Source of the DNA: Myxococcota bacterium
GTDB lineage: Bacteria > Myxococcota_A > UBA796 > GCA-2862545
DNA length: 64,000 nt
Reading direction: 5' to 3'
Assembly: GCA_039208735.1 (NCBI GenBank)
Contig: JBCCQY010000002.1
Span: forward strand, 96,001-160,000
Shown here: piece after piece, positions 49,093 to 58,844 of the stretch
Layout of the letters: every line of letters starts with the position of its first letter
How positions within the stretch are numbered: position 1 is the first letter of the stretch
Notes under the pieces: generated by a model
The model's database searches: none
The model's input: only the letters and a program-made list of their open reading frames with translations
What the model was told of the DNA's origin: nothing
Program-made: the position numbers and the translations under genes

Positions 49093-49725
49093 ATGACAGC
49101 GCAAATCATGGATTCGGTGATTCTCGAAGACGACCTCGAGCGTTACGCGCTCGTGGGCATCTCAGGGAAGCCGCTCTTCAAGCCCGAAGCGCACGGCCTG
49201 ACGCCAGTGATGATTCACACGGCGTGCTGGCGGGGGTGGTACGTCACCTACCAGGTCACTCACGGCCAGCTGACGGTCCTCGACCTCGCGGTTGGCCTCA
49301 ACGAAGCGCAAACCGCCCTGGCCGAGGCGGGTGAGGGACCGTTGCTCGAAGGCCGGGCCCCTCGAAAGGAGACCTACGAAGCCCACGTGGTGGGTAAGGA
49401 GGGGCCGCAGACGTTCGACAAGACAGAATGGGACTACCGTAATGTCGGCCTTCCTATTCCATTTTCCGGCGGGCTGTTGCTCGGTCGGGATTTCATTCGC
49501 GAGCTGTACGTCCACATGGGTTTCCACCCGGCGTGGAAGTACGGCACGGTCATCGAGTTGCTGTTGCGCGAGGGCCACGTCGAAGATGTGCGGGACGTTT
49601 CGCTCCTGATGGCGGAACGGCGCGAGTCGGTGCGCAACGCCCCATCGCCCGACCGGCCACCGACCCGTCCTGAACTCGAGGCCTGGATCAAACGAACCTT
49701 TTCGCGAGACTACGGCCTCAACTGA
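49093..49725 (+). CDS. Conserved hypothetical protein
   Basis: MTAQIMD..TACWRGW..FSGGLLLG..LYVHMGF; normal codon bias. Confidence 0.7.
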   Translation: MTAQIMDSVILEDDLERYALVGISGKPLFKPEAHGLTPVMIHTACWRGWYVTYQVTHGQLTVLDLAVGLNEAQTALAEAGEGPLLEGRAPRKETYEAHVVGKEGPQTFDKTEWDYRNVGLPIPFSGGLLLGRDFIRELYVHMGFHPAWKYGTVIELLLREGHVEDVRDVSLLMAERRESVRNAPSPDRPPTRPELEAWIKRTFSRDYGLN

Positions 49726-49804
49726 CCTCGGTGCACCTCCGGATCACGTGATCACGGGGATCGAAGGGCGACTGTGATGTGGTGATGGACCACTCGGAGG
49801 AACT

Positions 49805-50773
49805 GTGCGCGCCGCCTTGATCACCGAATTGAACGGCCCGGATGGCATTGAGGTCCGCGAGCTGCCCGACCCCCAGCCTGGCAAGGGCGAAGTCCGCATT
49901 CGCGTGGAGTCCGCCGGAGTCAACTTCCCTGACTTGTTGATGAGCCGAGGCCTCTACCAGGTCAGCCCCCCGCCGCCGTTTCCGCCGGGCGGTGAAGTGG
50001 CAGGCGTGATCGACGCGGTCGGCGAGGGCGTCGAACGGCTCGCCGTGGGCGACCGCGTAATGGGAACCATGTTCTTTGGTGGGTTCGCCACGCTCATGTG
50101 CCTGCCCGAAGTGCGGGTCACGAAGCTCCCCGAGTCGATGGACACCACAACGGCAGGAGCATTCTCGTTCACCTACGCGACGAGCTACCATGGGCTCGTC
50201 GACCGTGGCGCCCTTGCCAGGGGAGAGCGGCTCCTGGTCCTCGGGGCGGCGGGGGGCGTGGGTTTGGCCGCGGTCGAGATTGGGCGGGCGCTCGGGGCCG
50301 AGGTCGTGGCGGCGGCAAGCACCGACGAAAAGCTTGCCCTGTGTCGGGAACGCGGCGCAACCCACACGATCAACTACACCACGCAAGATCTCGGCAAGAC
50401 GCTCAAGGCCATGGGTGGCGTGGATGTGGTCTATGACCCGGTGGGCGGCGACTACGCCGAGACAGCGCTGCGGCGACTTCGCCCCGATGGGCGCTTCCTC
50501 GTCATCGGCTTTGCCGCAGGCTCCATCCCCAAGATCGGACTCAACCTGCCGCTCCTCAAGGAGTGCCAAATCGTGGGGGTGGCATGGGGTGCGTGGACGA
50601 TGCGACACCCTGATCGGCACGATGCCAATCTCAAAGCCCTCTTCCACCACTTTGAGGCCGGCGAGGTGAAGCCCCATGTGTCCCATCGCTATCGTCTCGA
50701 TGAGGTGCCGGACGCCCTTCGGGCCATGGATGAACGGCGGGTGCTGGGCAAGGTCGTCATCGAGCCCCAGTGA
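49805..50773 (+). CDS. NADPH:quinone oxidoreductase (zeta-crystallin/MDR family)
   Basis: GVNFPD, PGGEVAG, GAAGGVG, YDPVGG, GKVVI; GGAGG RBS. Confidence 0.92.
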   Translation: MRAALITELNGPDGIEVRELPDPQPGKGEVRIRVESAGVNFPDLLMSRGLYQVSPPPPFPPGGEVAGVIDAVGEGVERLAVGDRVMGTMFFGGFATLMCLPEVRVTKLPESMDTTTAGAFSFTYATSYHGLVDRGALARGERLLVLGAAGGVGLAAVEIGRALGAEVVAAASTDEKLALCRERGATHTINYTTQDLGKTLKAMGGVDVVYDPVGGDYAETALRRLRPDGRFLVIGFAAGSIPKIGLNLPLLKECQIVGVAWGAWTMRHPDRHDANLKALFHHFEAGEVKPHVSHRYRLDEVPDALRAMDERRVLGKVVIEPQ

Positions 50774-50811
50774 ATGCTTCGGTTTGACGAAGCATTCGTG
50801 ACGAGTACCCT
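50772..50811 (+). promoter_or_regulatory. Inverted-repeat operator over a sigma70 promoter of the MarR gene
   Basis: GAATGCTTCG-N6-CGAAGCATTC; TTGACG (50784) and TACCCT (50806). Confidence 0.65.
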
Positions 50812-50817
50812 GGCCGC

Positions 50818-51246
50818 ATGGACCTCGACGACACCATTGATGCGGTGCAGCGGCAGTACCCGCGCATCTGGCATGCGGCCCACCGACGCCACCCGCCCCG
50901 AGGACTCGGTGGCGATCGGCCTTCGGAGCGTGAGCACACCGTCCTGGCGCACCTTCGAATCGCGCCCACCCCAATGGGGGAACTCGCGAATCACCTCAAC
51001 ATTGCGGCTTCGACGTTGTCGGAAGTCACCCATGCCCTCGAGGCACGTGGGCTCGTGCATCGGCACCGCGACCCGGCCGACCGACGGCGGATCGCGGTCG
51101 CCCTAACCGAAGCCGGTCACACGGTCGTACGCGACACCTCGCCCCTCGACACCGACCGACTGCGCGAGGCCCTCGCCTCACTCGACCCCACCGCTCGGGC
51201 CACCGTCGTGGAGGGGCTCACCCTGCTTGCGGAGGCATTGCGATGA
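50818..51246 (+). CDS. MarR family transcriptional regulator
   Basis: MGELANHL..STLS..LEARGLV..DPADRR..LTEAG. Confidence 0.9.
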   Translation: MDLDDTIDAVQRQYPRIWHAAHRRHPPRGLGGDRPSEREHTVLAHLRIAPTPMGELANHLNIAASTLSEVTHALEARGLVHRHRDPADRRRIAVALTEAGHTVVRDTSPLDTDRLREALASLDPTARATVVEGLTLLAEALR

Positions 51247-51767
51247 AACGCTGGTCTTGGTTGCTCGTGGCACTGGGCGTGCCGGTCCTTGGGGGCGCCC
51301 TGTTCGTGGCCTGGGGGACCACACTGCCCGTCGAACACACCGCAGTAGCGACCACCGATGTCACCGCACCGCCCGATGTGGTCTACGATCTCATCACCGA
51401 CCCCCGTCGCGGACCGGAGTGGCGCGCAGATGTGCAGCGGGTCGAAATCCAAAGCGATCGCCGCTGGATCGAACACGGCGAAGAACCTCTCATTCTGGAA
51501 GTTCGCACCGCAGACCGTCCCCGTCGCTTCACCACCGAGGTCGTCGAGCACCCGGCGTTCGGGGGAACCTGGACTTGGGAACTGCAATCCAACCCCGACG
51601 GTACCCATGTCATTCTGACCGAGGATGGTGTGGTCTACGATCCGTTCTTTCGGGCCGTAATGACGGCAATGTCTTGGGAATCGGCAAACATCGAAACCCG
51701 CCTGGCCGAACTAAACGACCATTTCGGCAAGACTCGATCTTCTGTGAACCGTGAAAAGGGTCTGTGA
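51243..51767 (+). CDS. SRPBCC/polyketide-cyclase-like protein with N-terminal TM segment
   Basis: APPDVVYDLITD..PEWR, FGGTWTWEL..GTHVILTE. Confidence 0.8.
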   Translation: MKRWSWLLVALGVPVLGGALFVAWGTTLPVEHTAVATTDVTAPPDVVYDLITDPRRGPEWRADVQRVEIQSDRRWIEHGEEPLILEVRTADRPRRFTTEVVEHPAFGGTWTWELQSNPDGTHVILTEDGVVYDPFFRAVMTAMSWESANIETRLAELNDHFGKTRSSVNREKGL

Positions 51768-51823
51768 ACCGTAGATGAACGGGTATCGACCTGCTAGACT
51801 CCCCCGGCGTTGGGGGAGCATAC

Positions 51824-53632
51824 ATGCGGCACAGTTGGATCGGATGGTTGTGGATCGGGATGATGGGCTGTGCGGAGACGCTGACCGTACCCGACATCGA
51901 CGGCGACGGACTCTTTGGCGATGACGATTGCGACGAGGGCGATCCGAACCGAGGCGGCGAGGAGGTCCCTTACGACGGCATCGACAACGACTGCGACCCC
52001 GACACCCTGGACGATGACCTCGACCAGGACGGTCTGCCCGACGAAGACGACTGCGACGATGGCGACGCGGCCAAGGGGGGAGAGGAGATTCCCTACGATG
52101 GCGTCGACAACGATTGCGACCCCTCCACACCCGACGACGACCTCGACGAAGACGGCTTCGACCTGGTCGACGACTGTGACGACAACGACCCGACAGTGGG
52201 CGGGCCCGAAATCCCCTACGATGGCATCGACAACGATTGCGACCCCTCCACACCCGACGACGACCTCGATGGGGACGGTCTTCTCGGCGTTGACGATTGC
52301 GATGACGAGGACGCCTACGCGGGCGGTGGCAAAGAGATCATCTACGATGGCATCGACAACGACTGCGACCCGACCACCCTCGACGACGATTTCGACGAGG
52401 ACGGGTTCGGCATTGCCAACGATTGTGATGACAACGACCCCACCGTGTTCGCCGATGCCGTGATCGCCGACCTGTTCACGGCCGACCTGCCCACCGCGTG
52501 TGACAACCGATGCACCCTTGAGGTCACCGGGGACCTGCGCGTTGAGGGGGCGCCCAACGTGGACCTCGCCACCATGCATTGCTTGGTGCGCGTCGGTGGC
52601 CAGCTCATCATCAGCGACAACCTCGTCCTCGAGAGCCTTCTCGGCCTCGAGAACCTCACTGACCTGGGCGTTCTTGAGATCCGCAACAATGCCTCGCTGG
52701 CGGGCCTCGAAGGCCTCACCGGCGTGACGCAGCTTGCAAGCAACCTCGAGATTCGGCAGAACCCTTCCCTGCAGGGTCTTCAAGGTCTAAGCAACCTCGC
52801 TTTGGTCACGGGCGACATCCGCCTGCTCGACAACAACAGTCTGGTCAACCTCGCGGGCCTCGAAGGGCTCACCAACGTAGGCGGCGTGCTCGAGGTACGC
52901 GACAACGACAGCCTTTCGAGTGCCGGAGCCCTATCGAACCTCACCACCCTGTCGGAGTTGGTGATTCGCGATAACGCCACGCTCTTCACGCTCGATGGGC
53001 TTGCCGGACTTTCGGGGGCCATGGGTCCGTTCGACGTGTCGAACAATCCCTCGCTCAACGACATTTCGGGCCTTCGTGGCATCACGAGCTTCAACTCCTC
53101 GGCCACGTTCGATCGCAATGGAAGCCTGGCCTCGCTCGAGGGCCTGCATCGCGTCACGAGCGTGGGCGGAGACCTGTCGTTGCGCGACAATGACTCGCTG
53201 CTCGATCTCTCCGGACTCCGAGGCCTGGGATCGGTCGCCCAAGACCTAAGCCTCAATCAGAACGGCTCATTGACCTCGCTCGCCGGCCTATCGTCACTGA
53301 CCTTCGTGGGAGGCGACTTCCACCTCGCCGACAGCGCGGAACTCGACAACCTGGCTGGCGCAGTTCAACTCGTGGAAGTGGCGGGAACGCTCACCATCGC
53401 GCGCAATCCCCAAATCACCACCCTCGGCGGTTTGGGGCCCCTCACCACGATTGGGAGCAACCTGGTCATTACCGAAAACCTGTTGCTTAGCGATGTGATG
53501 GGGCTCGATGGCGTCGATGTGGGCAACGATGTGGTGATCACCGACAACCCTGCCCTCGGAGACACGGCGGCCGAAGACCTGGTGAACAACCTCAACGTAG
53601 GCGGCACCGTCACGATTGCGAACAACCAGTAA
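51824..53632 (+). CDS. Lipoprotein with MopE-like metal-binding repeats and receptor-L/LRR domain
   Basis: MMGC lipobox; DCDD...YDGIDNDCD repeats; about 12 LxxLxGLxxLTxVGGxLxIxxN repeats. Confidence 0.85.
   Translation: MRHSWIGWLWIGMMGCAETLTVPDIDGDGLFGDDDCDEGDPNRGGEEVPYDGIDNDCDPDTLDDDLDQDGLPDEDDCDDGDAAKGGEEIPYDGVDNDCDPSTPDDDLDEDGFDLVDDCDDNDPTVGGPEIPYDGIDNDCDPSTPDDDLDGDGLLGVDDCDDEDAYAGGGKEIIYDGIDNDCDPTTLDDDFDEDGFGIANDCDDNDPTVFADAVIADLFTADLPTACDNRCTLEVTGDLRVEGAPNVDLATMHCLVRVGGQLIISDNLVLESLLGLENLTDLGVLEIRNNASLAGLEGLTGVTQLASNLEIRQNPSLQGLQGLSNLALVTGDIRLLDNNSLVNLAGLEGLTNVGGVLEVRDNDSLSSAGALSNLTTLSELVIRDNATLFTLDGLAGLSGAMGPFDVSNNPSLNDISGLRGITSFNSSATFDRNGSLASLEGLHRVTSVGGDLSLRDNDSLLDLSGLRGLGSVAQDLSLNQNGSLTSLAGLSSLTFVGGDFHLADSAELDNLAGAVQLVEVAGTLTIARNPQITTLGGLGPLTTIGSNLVITENLLLSDVMGLDGVDVGNDVVITDNPALGDTAAEDLVNNLNVGGTVTIANNQ
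51893..52450 (+). repeat. Intragenic tandem repeat, ~123 bp (41 aa), 4 full units + 1 partial
   Basis: CCCTACGA[CT]GGC[AG]TCGACAACGA[CT]TGCGACCC-like core recurring in each unit. Confidence 0.85.
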
Positions 53633-53633
53633 T

Positions 53634-54116
53634 CTACTTTGTTCCCCCACGAGCCTTGGCCATCGCCGACTGCAGCTGGGGACACAAATCGCGGTTGTAG
53701 ATGGTGATATCGGTTGTCCCTGCCTTTCGAGGGTAGGGATAGACGTTGAACCACCCGTTTGAACCAAACCGGAACTCGAACGCGATCGGCAAGTCGTGTG
53801 AACTCACAATGGCCGCGTCGTCGCGCGCCTCGAGCCGCCAGGGTCCCACCTTCCAAATCCCGGCCACGAGCTTGTAGGGCGGCTTGGTAAGCTTGGGGAG
53901 CGGCCCCGCCTCGCCCTTGGCAGATGTGCGGTCAATGCGGACGCCTTCGGCCAACCGTTCCTCTTCCATGAGGTGAGCCACCGCGGCGGTTTCTTCGAAC
54001 AGGGCAACCACCGAAGCCACCTTGTCGGCTCCGAATCGGTTGGTGACGCAAAGCCCGGCCGCCACTTCATGAACACTCCAGGCGTACTCACCCGCGTGAT
54101 GAATCTCGGCCCGCAT
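53634..54116 (-). CDS. Hypothetical protein
   Basis: GGAGG + ATG at 54116; fills the gap between neighbours; no family recognised. Confidence 0.55.
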   Translation of the reverse strand: MRAEIHHAGEYAWSVHEVAAGLCVTNRFGADKVASVVALFEETAAVAHLMEEERLAEGVRIDRTSAKGEAGPLPKLTKPPYKLVAGIWKVGPWRLEARDDAAIVSSHDLPIAFEFRFGSNGWFNVYPYPRKAGTTDITIYNRDLCPQLQSAMAKARGGTK

Positions 54117-54244
54117 TCGCCCTCCGCCTTTCGCTGAAGACAGAGAACACGGAACGGCGATGACGTCCCTCGACGTTCTGATGCACGCCGGGACGGTCTG
54201 TGGTGCCGCCATTTCCTACGGCCTCTGTGAAAATCGGAGGTCCC

Positions 54245-55366
54245 ATGATGATGTGGCTCGCGGCCACTGCGTTTGGCGCAGATCTCGTCGACACGGCCGT
54301 TCAGGATGGTCGATTCCAGACCCTGACCCAAGCCCTCGAGGCAGCCGACCTGGTGGAAACCCTGCGAGGACCAGGTCCGTTCACGGTGTTCGCCCCCACC
54401 GACGATGCCTTCGCAGCCCTTCCCCCCGACACCCTGCCGACACTCCTCGACCCGAAGAACCGAGGCTTGCTCAATCAGATCCTGACGTTTCACGTGGCCT
54501 CGGGTCGCGCGAACGCCGAACGTGTGCAACGCCAGGGCGGCGTGATCAGCCTTGCCGGACAGCGCATCGATGCTCAAACCTCGGCTCAGGGCCTCGTCGT
54601 AGAGGGAGCTCAGCTAGTACGGACGGACATCGAAACGAGCAATGGCATCATCCATGTCATCGATGCCGTGATGGTGCCGGAGTCACGCAATCTCGCCACC
54701 GTTGCGCGTGATGCGGGCAGTTTCGGCACCCTCCTCGCGGCGGCCGAAGCGGCAGGCCTCATCGGCGTGCTGACGGGAGACGATCCGTTCACGGTGTTCG
54801 CACCCACGGACGAGGCGTTTCGAGCGTTGCCCGAGGGTACGGTCGATCGGCTGCTCCAACCCGAGAATCGCGAGGAACTTCGCCAGCTCCTGACGTACCA
54901 CGTGGTTCCTGGCAATCAGTTTGCCAACCGCATCGCCCGACAATCCGCGCTGGTCCCCGTACAAGGGTCACCGCTGCCCATCAAACCCCAAGACGGCACG
55001 CTGCGAGTGGGTCAAGCCCGGGTCATCCAGGCGGACATCGAAGCCGCCAACGGTGTGATTCACGTCATCGATGGCGTGCTCATGCCCCCTCAAGACGTCG
55101 ACGCGGTGCTTGGCGTGATCGACGCGGCGATTCAGCGTGGAGCCCCCTTGTTCAATCACGGACAAACGCAGGCCTGCTACGCCATCTACGAGGTCACGGC
55201 GAAAGCCTTGCTTGCCCTTGGCGACGATCGGCTGTCCGACCGGGCACGGCGGCGGCTCACCGAGGGCCTCGCAACGGCGGCACGCCGACACAACCCGGGC
55301 CGCGCCGCGTGGGATTTGCGGCACGCCCTCGATGAGGTCAGCGCGAGCCTTCAGCTGCAGATGTAG
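54245..55366 (+). CDS. Secreted double fasciclin (FAS1) protein with helical C-terminal domain
   Basis: 2x FTVFAPTD.AF and NG.IHVID.V; tail AIQRGAPLFNHG..ACYAIY..AWDLRHALD. Confidence 0.9.
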   Translation: MMMWLAATAFGADLVDTAVQDGRFQTLTQALEAADLVETLRGPGPFTVFAPTDDAFAALPPDTLPTLLDPKNRGLLNQILTFHVASGRANAERVQRQGGVISLAGQRIDAQTSAQGLVVEGAQLVRTDIETSNGIIHVIDAVMVPESRNLATVARDAGSFGTLLAAAEAAGLIGVLTGDDPFTVFAPTDEAFRALPEGTVDRLLQPENREELRQLLTYHVVPGNQFANRIARQSALVPVQGSPLPIKPQDGTLRVGQARVIQADIEAANGVIHVIDGVLMPPQDVDAVLGVIDAAIQRGAPLFNHGQTQACYAIYEVTAKALLALGDDRLSDRARRRLTEGLATAARRHNPGRAAWDLRHALDEVSASLQLQM

Positions 55367-55393
55367 AGCCCGAGTCGGGTTAAGCGCCGCCTC

Positions 55394-56578
55394 ATGACAC
55401 GATTCGGAAGTCCGGGAACCGCCTCGGAAACGAAGCTACTCCTCCTCGGTTCGGGTGAACTGGGCAAGGAGGTGGCCCTCGAAGCCCAACGTCTCGGGGT
55501 GACCGTCGTGGCCTGCGATCGGTACGCCGGCGCTCCGGCCATGCAGGTCGCCCATCGCCACCACGTTTTCCCCATGACCTACGGCGACGCGCTGCGAAAG
55601 GTCATCGAACAAGAACGCCCAGACTACGTGGTGCCCGAAATCGAGGCCATTGCTACGCCCGTGCTGCAAGCCCTCGAAGCAGACGGTGTCCACGTCGTGC
55701 CCACGGCCCGAGCGGCACGGCTCACGATGGACCGCGAGGGCATCCGCAAGCTTGCCGCCGAAACGCTTGGTCTTCGGACGTCGCCATACCGATTCGCGGG
55801 AACCGAGGACGAGTATCGGGCTGCGGTCGAAGCGATTGGGCTACCGTGCGTCGTGAAGCCCGTCATGAGTTCATCGGGCAAAGGCCAGAGCACCGTCCGC
55901 ACCGCTTCGGACATCGATGCCGCGTGGCGAGGCGCCCAGTCAGGAGCCCGCGGTGGCGCAGGTCGCGTCATCGTGGAGGGGTTTGTCGACTTCGACTACG
56001 AGATCACCCTACTCACCGTGCGCCATGTGGGTGGCACCAGCTTCTGTGCTCCGATCGGGCACCGCCAGGTCGATGGCGACTACCACGAGAGCTGGCAGCC
56101 TCAGCCCATGTCCGAGGCAGCTCGCACCGAGGCCGAACGAATGGCTCGCGCCATCACCGACGACCTAGGGGGTCGCGGTCTCTTCGGCGTCGAGATGTTT
56201 GTGCATGGCGACGAGGTCTGGTTCAGCGAAGTGTCGCCACGCCCCCACGACACCGGCATGGTCACGATGATCTCCCAAGACTTAAGCGAATTTGCGCTTC
56301 ACGTCCGGGCGATTCTTGGGCTGCCCATTCCGGGCATTGTCCTGCATGGACCTTCGGCGTCGGCGGTGGTGTTGGGACAGGGCGACTCGGACGCCCCTGC
56401 GTTCGAGGTGTCCCCCGAGGCCCTCGCCGAACCCGAGACCGACCTCCGGCTCTTTGGCAAACCAAACGTCCGCGGGCATCGGCGCCTCGGCGTCGGGCTG
56501 GCCCGGGGCGCAACGATCGAGGAAGCCCGCGACAAGGCGGCTCGCGTCGCGAACGCGGTCACGGTTACGCTCGCGTAG
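55394..56578 (+). CDS. purT: Formate-dependent phosphoribosylglycinamide formyltransferase
   Basis: [50 protein letters not shown]. Confidence 0.97.
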   Translation: MTRFGSPGTASETKLLLLGSGELGKEVALEAQRLGVTVVACDRYAGAPAMQVAHRHHVFPMTYGDALRKVIEQERPDYVVPEIEAIATPVLQALEADGVHVVPTARAARLTMDREGIRKLAAETLGLRTSPYRFAGTEDEYRAAVEAIGLPCVVKPVMSSSGKGQSTVRTASDIDAAWRGAQSGARGGAGRVIVEGFVDFDYEITLLTVRHVGGTSFCAPIGHRQVDGDYHESWQPQPMSEAARTEAERMARAITDDLGGRGLFGVEMFVHGDEVWFSEVSPRPHDTGMVTMISQDLSEFALHVRAILGLPIPGIVLHGPSASAVVLGQGDSDAPAFEVSPEALAEPETDLRLFGKPNVRGHRRLGVGLARGATIEEARDKAARVANAVTVTLA

Positions 56579-57388
56579 TTACGCGAAGTGCAGCTCCACG
56601 CGGCCGTTGTTGTAGCCCACCTGCGTGAAGTCCGCCGTCACCGTGCGACCCTCGATGGTTCCCTGCAGAACAAAAGGCACATCGAGTTCCACGAACCGTC
56701 GGAACGTCCCGGACCCTCCCGTGCACGCCGTGATCGGAACCCCCAGGTGCAGCTCGGCCACTTGGGCCACGCAGTCGACGAGATGGGCCACGTTGACATG
56801 GTCGCCGCTCCCCGTATGAAAGGGATGTCCAGGGAAAAAGGCGCGCTCAGACGTCACGAGGCCCCGCGCGGCAAACCGGCCATCCTCACCCCCATCCTCG
56901 AGCCGGACAAACCAGGGCGGCATGCGCTCGGGCAGTTCGGGGAATGGGGGCTCGAGATGGGCCTTGGCCAGAACTTTCTTACGTGTCTCTGCCCGCCACG
57001 CGGCCATGTCGCGGTCCGTGATCGCAACCCCACCGCCCATGAAGGTCAACGCACCGTCATCGAGGCGCAGCTCGAACCGGTCGCCCTCCGGACCGCTCGC
57101 AAAGGCGCAGTGGCCCCGAGTTGGAATCGGAGCATCGGGACCAAGCTGGCTCGACCATTTCACAAACGTCAATGCGCTCGGTGCGTCGGGGGTCGATCGA
57201 CCCGACGCAAGCAACGCGGTGGCGGACGCAAAGTACAAGAGCTTCTGTTGCAGCACCGGATGCTGGGCGGGCAGGGTGAGCCATGGCCAATCCGCTTGCG
57301 GAGTATCGAGTTCGAACACCAGGTCGACCTGGTCGGCCGACGCTTCCACGACCCGCACCGGGTTGTGCGGATAGACGATTCGGGTCAC
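56579..57388 (-). CDS. Probable (double) hotdog-fold protein
   Basis: HPFHTGSGDHVNVAHLVDCVAQ and FRRFVELDVP resemble AfsA/FabA-Z hotdog motifs; GGAGGTG RBS. Confidence 0.55.
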   Translation of the reverse strand: MTRIVYPHNPVRVVEASADQVDLVFELDTPQADWPWLTLPAQHPVLQQKLLYFASATALLASGRSTPDAPSALTFVKWSSQLGPDAPIPTRGHCAFASGPEGDRFELRLDDGALTFMGGGVAITDRDMAAWRAETRKKVLAKAHLEPPFPELPERMPPWFVRLEDGGEDGRFAARGLVTSERAFFPGHPFHTGSGDHVNVAHLVDCVAQVAELHLGVPITACTGGSGTFRRFVELDVPFVLQGTIEGRTVTADFTQVGYNNGRVELHFA

Positions 57389-57493
57389 CTCACCTCCTCG
57401 CCAAATCTTAGGACGGATCCCCCAAGCCAGTCGCACCCCGACGTGGCATAGTGCCCCGCGAGGTTGACACTGGCGGACGAACCGCCACCGCCC

Positions 57494-57769
57494 ATGACAG
57501 GGGGTCCCATCTTCGCCCTGCTTTCGTTGCTGTTGATCGGCTGCGCGGATCCCGAGCCCGTCGGTTTGGGGGATTGCAGCGATATCTGCCGAGAAGTCGT
57601 TGACCAATGCGCGCTTCCCACCTGGCCAACGCGTGCAGGTTGCCTCGACGGGTGTTTACTCAATGCCGCCCGCGGCGGCGATATTACCTCGCAACGCCAG
57701 TGCGTTGAACTGGCGGAATGTGACCTGTTTGCCCTCGTGGAGTGTGAGCATGCCTTTGGCCCGCGCTAG
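57494..57769 (+). CDS. Small Cys-rich lipoprotein
   Basis: LIGC lipobox plus 8 further Cys. Confidence 0.65.
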   Translation: MTGGPIFALLSLLLIGCADPEPVGLGDCSDICREVVDQCALPTWPTRAGCLDGCLLNAARGGDITSQRQCVELAECDLFALVECEHAFGPR

Positions 57770-58844
57770 CGTCGTAATCGCGCTCACCTTGACCGCATGC
57801 GGCTCAGAACCCCAACTGGGCTTTGGGTTGGCCGTCGACCCTGTCGACGTGCTGCCCTGCGACTTTTCGCCCATCTCGGGAACCAAGTTGTCGGTCTACG
57901 ATTGCAATCCCGTATTTACGTCGGTCGATGAGCCATGGGCCAACGGGGTCATTTCAATGGCATTCCGCACCCAAGGGGTGTTGGGCGCGCCGTTGTTCCA
58001 GGTCTGGTACACGAGCGAACTCATCGGGTACGAGACCGGATGGGGGCTTGGCCACGCGGTATCGTCCGACGGCATCACCTGGACCCCTCACCCCGAAAAC
58101 CCCCTTTACGGACCTACGCCGGATTGGGACCGAGACCGGGCCAGTGCGATGACCATCGCCTACAACCAGGCCGACGACGAGTATGCGTTGACCTATCAGG
58201 GGTCGGACATCGAAAACGGCTCGCTCGGCATGGGCGTCCTGCAATCGCCAAACGGCATTCGATGGCGCGAGCCCGACAGCGGCTCGCAACTCTTCGACCT
58301 TACCGGCCAGCTCACCCCCATCTGCTGGCCGCTCGGGCTCTCTTGGACACCGAGTCAAGGCTACTTCGGGTTTCTCGCGGCTTCGGGGGCTCGACAAACC
58401 TGCGAAGCGTACCGTTTCGACGCGGAGGCGCTGTCGCCGGATGCCGTTCGGCTCGACAACCTCCCTGCGTTGCGCGCCGCGAACAACGATCGTCAATTCG
58501 ATGCGCGGGGCCAAACCAGCGTGGCCACGGTCGAGTTTGAGGGCACCTTCTACCTGTTCTACACCGGCTTCCAAGCGTGGGAGCCGACCGAGGTGGAAGG
58601 CTTCATCCGCACGTCCAACATCTCCCTTGGCGTCGCCACCTCGCTCGACGGCGTCGCATGGCGAAAGTCACGCAACGAGAACCCCTTGCCCATCGCGCTC
58701 ACCGATCCCGGTGAGGTCGGGTCGGTAGGGGCCCAGGTCATCGGTGATCGCATTCACCTCTGGGTGGCCGACCAGTACCCGGAACTCGAACAGCGGGGGC
58801 TTGGCTACTTCCTTTACGAGCCCAATATCGAGGCACATCCATGA
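57750..58844 (+). CDS. Lipoprotein with five-bladed beta-propeller glycosidase-like fold (GH43/130-like)
   Basis: LTAC lipobox; [39 protein letters not shown]. Confidence 0.7.
   Translation: MPLARASVVIALTLTACGSEPQLGFGLAVDPVDVLPCDFSPISGTKLSVYDCNPVFTSVDEPWANGVISMAFRTQGVLGAPLFQVWYTSELIGYETGWGLGHAVSSDGITWTPHPENPLYGPTPDWDRDRASAMTIAYNQADDEYALTYQGSDIENGSLGMGVLQSPNGIRWREPDSGSQLFDLTGQLTPICWPLGLSWTPSQGYFGFLAASGARQTCEAYRFDAEALSPDAVRLDNLPALRAANNDRQFDARGQTSVATVEFEGTFYLFYTGFQAWEPTEVEGFIRTSNISLGVATSLDGVAWRKSRNENPLPIALTDPGEVGSVGAQVIGDRIHLWVADQYPELEQRGLGYFLYEPNIEAHP

Noticed and set aside
49742..49753. Palindrome GATCACGTGATC upstream of the quinone reductase
   Set aside because: Single 12-bp occurrence with no promoter support
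51893..52450. Regularly spaced DNA repeats as a possible CRISPR array (also the TSP3 blocks)
   Set aside because: In-frame protein repeats with synonymous variation; no cas genes
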